A DNA stretch of 64,000 nt from Histomonas meleagridis 2922-C6/04-290x (Eukaryota; Protista; Parabasalia), in NCBI GenBank assembly GCA_020184695.1, contig JAANOX010000085.1, forward strand, positions 310,001-374,000, in the 5' to 3' direction. Each line of letters opens with the position of its first letter. Positions within the stretch are counted from its first letter, which is position 1. Of the stretch, positions 1 through 8,783 are shown in pieces. Below the pieces are notes generated by a model. That model saw only the letters and a list, made by a program, of their open reading frames with translations. It had not been told where the DNA came from and did not search any database. The translations under genes were made by a program, and so were the position numbers.

Positions 1-816
1 TGTATCATCATAATCTTTGAAAGAGTCAAGATAAGATTGAATTTGTTCTGAAGTTATACCTTCAACCGATGAATAAAGGATATTTTTATCCTCTGTAAAA
101 AAGAGAGAGTTTGACCATTGCGGATTGCTTTGGGCGAGTTGAGTGCAATTTTCGTTCGACATGCAGAACAGTATGTCACTTTTGTAAATGGGCCAAACAT
201 TTTCCACATGGATAACAAGATATTTAAAACAACATGTATATAATAGTTTTTATTCTTTGTGCACCCTTCTTGCAAGGATAGTATATATAGGATTATCAAA
301 TTCCTCCTAAACGAATTACAGGGTTTTGTAGCACTCCATTCTCCAACATTTTCACATAACAATTCACATGCAAATCTCCATTGTTGAAGTTAGCAATGAA
401 GTAAAATAAACAAATGACTTTTTTCAGGATAAAAGCATAATGTACATTTAATTTGGGTTTTAAATTATTAGCATTTTCCATATCGATACTTTCGTATAAC
501 TATTTAAAATGGAACACTATAAAAATTTTCTTTGTATGAAAACCCATAACAATAGACACTTTTTTGTTCACAACCAAAAAGTTCCTCTCAGAATAAACCG
601 TCACATTTCTTCAACCCTTATCCCGAAAATATGACATTTTATTCCATGAAAATTTGAATGTATCAGTAATATCGTGAAATGGGTACCCAACGATAGAATT
701 GAAAAAGTTGATAAACAACAACCCATTCCGGGGTACCCCATATATCAAAAAGTTTGTGGCGGTTAACTGGCACCATTTCCACATGCTCCAGTTATTGAGT
801 AGTTTATTCGTTCAAA

Positions 817-3800
817 ATGAATCAAAAGCAAACTGCAACAACAAACCAGAAATCTCAAAACGAATGGGAAACATTTACAACGCTCAAGAACATAATCTTT
901 GGTTTGAATATAGATAATTTTCCTCAATCATCAAATATTATTCTCAGCAAATTTTTGTAAAGAATATCCAATATCTTATGATATCATTATATGCCAAATG
1001 ATATATATCTCTTTTCTGATTAATAGTAATAATTTTGATATATATTTGAGATTATTACAAGAAATTGAAAAATATGAAGAAAATAATAATATCAACTCAA
1101 AAATAATAAATTTATTTTCTCAATTTCTTCTTCAAGAAAACACTCAAGAATCATTTTATTTACTTAATTATATGATTAAGTATAATTTAATTGAATCAAA
1201 AATCATCCAAAATAAATGTGAACCATTTTTTGTTCATATTAATCAAGATCAATTAGTTAGATATAAATATTTTTTTAATCAAGAAAATATTTCTTATGAA
1301 GAACTTTCGAAGAATGATTTTGCACTTCATAAGCAATTAATTAAAGAAGGAGTTAATCCAAATGAAATTGCAAAAATAATTCGAAATGATGAAATAGAAA
1401 AACTACAAGAAATATCATCACAAAATGAATTCGATTATAATCAAATTATTCCAAAATCAATTTATGAAAGATGTTCATTTATTAACAATTGGAATGTTAC
1501 ATTAATTGATTATGCAGCATTTTTTGGATCAGTTAAATGTTTTAAATATTTACTTATGAATGATTCTAAAATAGATAACACAGGTAAATATGCAGTTGCA
1601 GGTGGAAATGAAGAAATTATTCATTTATGTGAACAAAATCATTCATCATTTAAAGATGCATATAAAACAGCAATTGAATTTCATCGAAATGATATTTTTT
1701 ATTATCTTTATGAAAATAAAATTGAAGATAATAATAATTTAAAAGAATTAGGAAAAATATGTGTTTCATATTTTAATTATGAAATTTTTACATATTTAGA
1801 AAAAGGAGGAATGAAAATTAATGAAAATTAATGAAAATATCATTAATGAAGCAGCAAAAATTGGAAATATTTTTCTTGTAAAATTTTTCCTTAAAAATAA
1901 TCAACTTCCAGAAGATATTTTAGTTTTTGCTTCATTTTCAGGAAATATTGAACTTGTTACATACATTTTAAAGCAAAGAGGAATTGATATTAATGCTAAA
2001 GATATTTATTTGTTTTATTTAAAATTTATTTTGATATTTTGATATTTCAAAATAATATTTGGAAATTATTTAAATTATTTAGAACAGCACTTATTTTAGC
2101 ATCTAAATATGACAAAATAGAAATCGTTAAATTACTTCTTGAACAAGAAGGAATTGATATTAATGCTAAAGATATTTATTTGTTTTAATTAAAATTTATT
2201 TTGATAATTCGATATTTCAAAATAATATTTGGAAATTATTTAAATTATTTCAAACAGCACTTATTTTAGCATCTAAATATGACAAAATAGAAATCGTTAA
2301 ATTACTTCTTGAACAAGAAGGAATTGATATTAATGCTAAAGATATTTATTTGTTTTATTTAAAATTTATTTTGATAATTCGATATTTCAAAATAATATTT
2401 GGAAATTATTTAAATTATTTAGAACAGCACTTATTTTAGCATCTAAATATGACAAAAAAGAAATCGTTAAATTACTTCTTGAACAAGAAGGAATTGATAT
2501 TAATGCTAAAGATATTTATTTGTTTTTATTTAAAATTTATTTTGATAATTCGATATTTTCAAAATAATATTTGGAAATTATTTAAATTATTTAGAACAGC
2601 ACTTATTTTAGCATCTAAATATGACAAAATAGAAATCGTTAAATTACTTCTTGAACAAGAAGGAATTGATATTAATGCTAAAGATATTTATTTGTTTTAA
2701 TTAAAATTTATATTGATAATTTGATATTTCAAAATAATATTTGGAAATTATTTAAATTATTTAGAACAGCACTTATTTTAGCATCTAAATATGACAAAAT
2801 AGAAATCGTTAAATTACTTCTTGAACAAGAAGGAATTGATATTAATGCTAAAGATATTTATTTGTTTTAATTAAAATTTATTTTAATAATTTGATATTTC
2901 AAAATAATATTTGGAAATTATTTAAATTATTTCAAACAGTACTTATTTTAGCATCTAAATATGACAAAATAGAAATCGTTAAATTACTTCTTGAACAAGA
3001 AGGAATTGATATTAATGCTAAAGATATTTATTTGTTTTAATTAAAATTTATTTTAATAATTTGATATTTCAAAATAATATTTGGAAATTATTTAAATTAT
3101 TTAGAACAGCACTTATTTTAGCATCTAAATATGACAAAATAGAAATCGTTAAATTACTTCTTGAACAAGAAGGAATTGATATTAATGCTAAAGATATTTA
3201 TTTGTTTTAATTAAAATTTATTTTAATAATTTGATATTTCAAAATAATATTTGGAAATTATTTAAATTATTTCAAACAGCACTTATCATAGCATCTGTAA
3301 AAGGTCATACAGAAATCGTTAAATTACTTCTTGAACAAGAAGGAATTGATATTAATGCTAAAGATATTTATTTGTTTTAATTAAAATTTATTTTGATAAT
3401 TCGATATTTCAAAATAATATTTGGAAATTATTTAAATTATTTAGAACAGCACTTATTTTAGCATCTAAATATGACAAAATAGAAATCGTTAAATTACTTC
3501 TTGAACAAGAAGGAATTGATATTAATGCTAAAGATATTTATTTGTTTTAATTAAAATTTATTTTAATAATTTGATATTTCAAAATAATATTTGGAAATTA
3601 TTTAAATTATTTCAAACAGTACTTATTTTTAGCATCTAAATATGACAAAATAGAAATCGTTAAATTACTTCTTGAACAAGAAGGAATTGATATTAATGCT
3701 AAAGATATTTATTTGTTTTAATTAAAATTTATTTTAATAATTTGATATTTCAAAATAATATTTGGAAATTATTTATATTATTTTGGACAGCACTTATTTG

Positions 3801-4306
3801 GGCATTTTATGAAGGTTATACAGAAATCGTTAAATTGCTTCTTGAACAAGAAGGAATTGATATTAATGCTAAAGATATTTATTTGTTTTAATTAAAATTT
3901 ATTTTGATAATTCGATATTTCAAAATAATATTTGGAAATTATTTATATTATTTTGGACAGCACTTATTTGGGCATTTTATGAAGGTTATACAGAAATCGT
4001 TAAATTACTTCTTGAACAAGAAGGAATTGATATTAATGCTAAAGATATTTATTTGTTTTAATTAAAATTTATTTTAATAATTTGATATTTCAAAATAATA
4101 TTTGGAAATTATTTAAATTATTTCAAACAGCACTTATTTTAGCATCTGAAAAAGGTCATACAGAAATAGTTAAATTGCTTCTTGAACAAGAAGGAATTGA
4201 TATTAATGCTAAAAATATTTATTTGTTTTAATTAAAATTTGTTTTAATAATTTGATATTTCAAAATAATATTTGGAAATTATTTAAATTATTTAGAACAG
4301 CACTTA
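817..4306 (+). pseudogene. DUF3447-like + ankyrin-repeat gene (copy A), disrupted; 3' end lost at an insertion
   Basis: ATG at 817 (MNQKQTATTNQKSQNEWETF..) aligns with the N-termini of copies at 56624 and 19769. One extra T at ~951-955 shifts into ORF 998-1831 (LIDYAAFFGSVKCFKYL, YAVAGGNEEIIHLCEQ; typical of parabasalid DUF3447-like ankyrin proteins). A 10-bp duplication at 1811-1830 shifts into ORF 1821-2042, followed by 14 spacer-interrupted ankyrin units. Could be functional if the spacers are processed out and the indels are errors or allelic. Confidence 0.7.
2001..4306 (+). repeat. Tandem array of 14 x ~170-bp units: 80-nt AT-rich spacer + 90-nt ankyrin cassette
   Basis: GAT (AAT in the last unit) before each spacer at 2001, 2171, 2341, 2511, 2683, 2853, 3023, 3193, 3363, 3533, 3704, 3874, 4044, 4214. 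Cassette translates TALILASKYDKIEIVKLLLEQEGIDINAKD and variants. The last cassette is truncated after TALM. Confidence 0.95.
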
Positions 4307-4460
4307 TGCGGACATTCCCATCCGGTACCGGACACGAAAATCTGTCCATCGTTCAGAAATTTCTGTCAAAAAAATAACCGTCATATATGAATAACCGGCT
4401 TGCAAGCCGAAAAAAATGTCCATCGGCCGGAAATTTCTATCAAATTATTAACGGTCACCA
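4307..4460. repeat. GC-richer structured segment at the array breakpoint: two perfect palindromes alternating with two ~40-bp imperfect direct repeats
   Basis: TCCGGTACCGGA (4321-4332) and CGGCTTGCAAGCCG (4396-4409). Direct repeats begin TGTCCATCG..GAAATTTCT.TCAAA at 4343 and 4417 (period 74). Possibly a transposon end. Confidence 0.6.
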
Positions 4461-4786
4461 ATCACACAATTAAACAGAAGATAAAAATATTATAAACATT
4501 TTTTTCAACAATACTTGTATCTACTGGTTTAGATGTGGTTAATTGGTACATCCAGTCTTTGCTTAGATGACCGTTTGTGTATTGTATCGTACACGAATTT
4601 GAATGGAAAGTGACTAAATTCAAATAAAAATTTTAAAAAAATTATTATATCTTCATAAAAATTTGTCTATTGTTCTTATATGTTAAAATCTGATATGTAT
4701 TAGATACATTACGAATAATTTCAAAATTAAAAAATAATCTATAAGAGGATAAGTTGGTTGACAGTGTCTCATTTAAATTTAATTTA

Positions 4787-7455
4787 CAGAGAACGGAATG
4801 AACCGGTAGTCATTGAATTGGCCGTATAGTGATTTGAATACATCACAATTTTTTTTGAATTACTATTTGGTCATATGAAATTATATAAACTATTCAAATT
4901 TATTATCACTTCACCTTTATTGATGTAAACCATAGAAAAAAATGCTATTCAAAATCGAATGATAAAAATAAAAACAAGTATATCTCGTCAAATATTTAGA
5001 ATTTACTGACTAAAATATCAAAGATATTGAATACCATAAGAGTAAATTATAAGAATAAATTATAAACATATTTTGACTGATTTTACTTCCTTCTTACAAA
5101 ATGAGATTATTAGCTTATATTTTATCATTTTTTAAACCAACAAAATTGTCCAACTGAATAAAATAGATTCAACAGACTCAACATTGTTTATGTAAAATGT
5201 TTCATTCATTTTTAACATATATAACAATAGAATATTTTATGCTAATTGTTTATTTGACGATATTTTTCGTCCAAGTAAATTCTTTTGATTCCATTAATAT
5301 TTTTTATGATCAGATCTGGAACAGGTGTCAAAATTTACCCCATTTTTTCAGTATATGCATACAAAAATTTGATATCACTCTTCATTTTTTCTAGAAAATA
5401 AACTGGTTCAATGGTCGTCAAATTACTATTATTTTCTACTTCATAAACAAATTTCAAGTTTTCCAGGCTTCCATTCAAATGGTGATTATTTACCAAATTT
5501 CCATTTTGAATTTTGTCATATAATTCAGGAAATTTGGTTCTTAGAGAAGTGTCCATTGCATATTGACTAGATAAAGGAATTTTTGGATTTAATGAATATA
5601 ATCCTGAGGCTCTAAACCCGCTTTGAATATTATCAATTGAAGCAGTATCTGATTATGCAGATACCAGACATTTTATCATCATAATTCTATAGCTTTGAGA
5701 TTCCTCTGAGTTCTATCAGTACCACCAAATAAACTTAGCTCATATTGCAATAACTTTTACTTATATATTGTCTTCAATGGTGAAGCTATAGCAACATCAA
5801 AAGGCTGTAATAAATGAGAAGTATGCCCAGGAAATACTAATATATCAATCCCAAACATCTCAAATGATCTTGCAACATTATAATTGGCCCTACTTTTATG
5901 TCCATCAACCAGCAAAAGAATCCTCTGTTTTCTCGATTCTGGTTTGAGCTGAAGTCTATAAATTTGAATTTCAGCTAAGAATGTATATGCCCAGTAAGTA
6001 AATAGTTTTTTGTTGGACCAACCTGTTGGTGATGTTGCAAAATGCCCAAGTTCTTTGACTTCTTCAAGCCCACTCAATGTTTTTTTATCCCTTAGGATAA
6101 ACAATGGTTTCATAACATATCCACTTGCAGATACCGTTATACAAGCAGTGATGTGTGGAAATACTAAAGATGATTCTGTAAGTGGGATTTTGCCTTGAGT
6201 TACCAATATATTAAATTTCTTTTTTGATGAAACCATAGTTTCATTCATGTTAAAAATTAATGCAGGATTCCTCTTAAGTAGGTGAGAATGCTTGGAAAAA
6301 AAGTCTTCTATTGCAACTTTATCACAAGCAATTCTTCTTAATGTTTCCGATTCAGCAGCAGGAACCACACTTAGATTATTTGTATTAGCCATTTTTCGAA
6401 GCCAAGTCAATTTCTCTCATTCTCGTCAATATTTTTTTGCAGTTGCATATTTCCAATAGTTTTCTGGCTTTTTCAGCTCTCTCTTTTATGAGAGTTGTTG
6501 ATATTTTCATTGCATCACATGTTGACAAACAATTTATATCATTTTCTCTTTCATGAACTATATCTATGAACTTCTTCATATCCAAATCAGAAAGGATTGG
6601 CTCCCTACCTCCTTTTAAGTTTTTGTCCCAATATTTCCCACAAGCTGTTCTTAATAATATTCGTCCAACAACTTTATCACCACATAATTTATGCTTCTCT
6701 CTTATTTGTGCGAAGGTCTTTCCAGTAAGTTTTTCCATGTAAATCATTACCTGTTTCGTAGAAAGAGTAGATTCGTTAGTCGATGCATTTATCAACTCCT
6801 GTATCAAAACGGTTGCACACTGAGGATTACTTATTATAAAGCTATTCAGCAGGGCAAACATTTTCGTTCTCTTCTCTTGCCTTTTTTCTGTCTACTTATT
6901 AGAAGAAACATTATTAGAAACAGGATTTGGATTCACAAATTGAGCAAGATTTGGATGTTGAGAAAGGATGCATTTATTAATATCTGGAATAAAACTTCTA
7001 TCATCATTATGTGTGCTAAGAGGAGCTTGTACTGTGATATTTTGAGGTTGCGAACTTGAAAAATAATTTTGATCATTTCCAGATCTTTTCCCAAGATCTG
7101 GAATAAAACTTGTGTTATTGTTATGTGTGCTAAGAGGAGCTTGCAGAGCAAAATTTTTTGAAACCCTGACATTGTAAGAAAGATGACATTTCATTCTTAA
7201 AAATAATTCTATTGAACTGTTATCAATTCTATCAAAAAATCGAATGTAAAATATACAAAACATAACGTTTTCACTCAATTGGCCGTATAGTGAAATTGAA
7301 TGTATCAATTCACATTTTCTTCTCAATTATTGTATCGTTTCTATCGGAAACCCACTTTTTCTACATAACTGTTCACATGATGATATGAATTATATGTGCT
7401 ATCACAAATCCACTATACGGCCATTCAATCCACTATACGGCCATTCCGCTTTCTG
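4787..7455 (-). mobile_element. pogo/Fot1-like DNA transposon (Tc1/mariner superfamily), full length, inactive
   Basis: TA|CAG...CTG|TA termini (TA at 4785-4786 and 7456-7457). Imperfect ~50-bp TIRs: left CAGAGAACGGAATG..GAATTGGCCGTATAGTGATTTG; right (reverse complement) CAGAAAGCGGAATGGCCGTATAGTGGATTGAATGGCCGTATAGTGGATTTG. Encloses a DDE_1-type transposase. Confidence 0.85.
5335..6861 (-). pseudogene. DDE_1 (CENP-B/pogo-type) transposase, frameshifted, with stops
   Basis: Motifs IFNMNET (first Asp replaced by Asn), TSPTGW, ILLLVDGHKSR, FPGHTSHLLQPFD (DD35D spacing counted by hand) and NIQSGFRASGLYSLNP read in the gap between ORFs 5757-6410 and 5335-5556. Frameshift near 6410, stop at 5757. 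Confidence 0.85.
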
Positions 7456-7517
7456 TATTACGATAAGCGTAGCTTTTTCAATATATGACGATCAAAACTT
7501 GTTTTATTTCGGTTGTT

Positions 7518-8783
7518 TCCAAAAATCCGTAAGACCAAATAGCGATTCAAAAGTCATTTAGATGGAATACGAAGTATATGACCCATCGAAATCCAAAGAA
7601 TGGAACATTTTAAACCTTAAAAACAAAGGAAACACAATCAAATTTATTTCACATGTTTGTCATTGTAGTAATGAAAGAATTTATAAAACTTTAAATTACT
7701 ATAAACAAAATAAAGAATGTCCTTCTCCAGCACAAAGAGGAAGGCCAACAAAGCTTACAGATTCAATGATGCAACAAGTTGATGCTTTTACGTCTGCTGA
7801 TCCGACAATTAGTGAGGGATCATTATCATTGATTTTACCTTTATCTCCAACTTCAATAAATAGAGCAAGGCACAAACTTAAGTATAACTGGAAACCTTGT
7901 AAAGTGTGTCAAAATTTAAGTGAACAACAGATATCAAAACGCATAAATTTTTTTAACAGATATACTAAATGACCTAAATTTTCAATACGACAAAATCATT
8001 TTTTCCGACGAATCGCGGTTTTGTTTAAGGTCAGACGGGAAATGGGTTTGGCGGAAAAACGGCGAAACCTCAGATCAGATTATAGCATTAAAAGAATAAT
8101 TTCCAAAAGGAGTTATGGTATTTGCAGCTATTGGGGTCGATTATAAAAGCGATTTAATTTTTATTAATGGAACCGAGAATTCAAAAAAGTATGTTGAAAT
8201 TTCAAAAACTCATTCAGTATTTCCCACACTTGATCACATTTCTGGCCAACGTCAATGGATATGGCAACAAGATGGAGCACCATCTCATACCTCTTATTAT
8301 ACGAAAGATTTTCTCAATGCGATGTGCGTTTGGTTAAATAATTGGCCACCAAATAGTTGTGATCTCTCCCCAATAGAAAACCTGTGGGGTATATTAAAAC
8401 ATTTTGTTAATGCACACGACCCAAAAAATATAGATGAAAATACCAAATTTATTTGAGTGCAGATAACCCTTGGACGTTTTTTGAAGACCATATGAAAATG
8501 ATATATCATTCACAATTTGGAGACGATTTTATCAAAATATCAAAATTTTTCGTCAATCGGACGCCCCCAGAGATTGAAAGTCGTTACAAGTTCCTGATAC
8601 AACACTCGATGCAGAATATTAGCCCACTAATACAGCACCCAAACATTTTGCATCAAATTTTGTAATTCAATATATTATTTCTACTTTTTGATTATTGTAC
8701 GTTAACCAAAAATCCGTAAGAATAAACCATTGAATTTCTTTCAAAAGTAAAGAAAAGTCACGGATTTTTGAAGATGAGTTAAC
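7518..8783 (+). mobile_element. Tc1/IS630-like DD34E transposon remnant; CDS ~7562-8456 broken
   Basis: HTH-like N-terminus with RGRP (7562-7972). After a frameshift near 7965: IIFSDESRF, VMVFAAIG, QQDGAPSH and WPPNSCDLSPIENLW (34 aa between D and E). In-frame TAA at 8097. CAAAAATCCGT at ~7520 is inverted to ACGGATTTTTG at ~8760; exact termini are uncertain. Confidence 0.8.

Noticed and set aside
1-481. Protein-coding gene on the minus strand at the window start
   Set aside because: A coding-looking stretch (YTCCFKYLVIHVENVWPIYKSD..) is broken by stops and frame changes upstream and has no recognisable family; at most a pseudogene fragment.
2018-2245. -1 programmed frameshift at T TTA AAA (2018-2024) or T TTA AAT (2239-2245) as the general mechanism
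   Set aside because: The heptamers are in the right frame and -1 would reach the cassette frame. However, most array A units hit TAA/TGA before them, several copy B units lack them, and one B unit has a stop in the -1 frame. Such heptamers are also common by chance in AT-rich DNA.
2172-2255. U12-type AT-AC intron (ATATTT...AAAC)
   Set aside because: No ATATCCTT 5' site or TCCTTAAC branch site, and the excision would delete the conserved Asp and Thr codons.
2352-2422. Canonical 71-nt GT-AG intron explaining the ankyrin spacers
   Set aside because: GTTTT...TTTAG restores the frame (D-I-Y-L-T-A-L) only in units whose pre-Thr codon is AGA. In units with CAA, TGG, AAG, GAT, GTA, GAA or TAT there is no AG at that position. 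The ACAG inside the Thr-Ala codons gives the wrong phase and is absent in ACT-GCA units. There is no ACTAAC-type branch motif. It is kept only as a partial possibility.
2001-4306. CRISPR array (constant segment alternating with variable segment)
   Set aside because: The variable parts are homologous ankyrin-coding cassettes, the unit sizes are wrong, the context is eukaryotic and there are no cas genes.
4306-4335. Helitron terminus (A|T insertion site with nearby GC hairpin)
   Set aside because: The required TC start or CTRR end is not present at the junction in either orientation.
6892-7326. Second ORF inside the pogo element (144 aa with a duplicated QAPLSTHN..SFIPD motif)
   Set aside because: Explained by a ~50-bp internal direct repeat in the 5' region of the element; TTG/low-complexity start and no domain. 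It may be a decayed transposase N-terminal extension.
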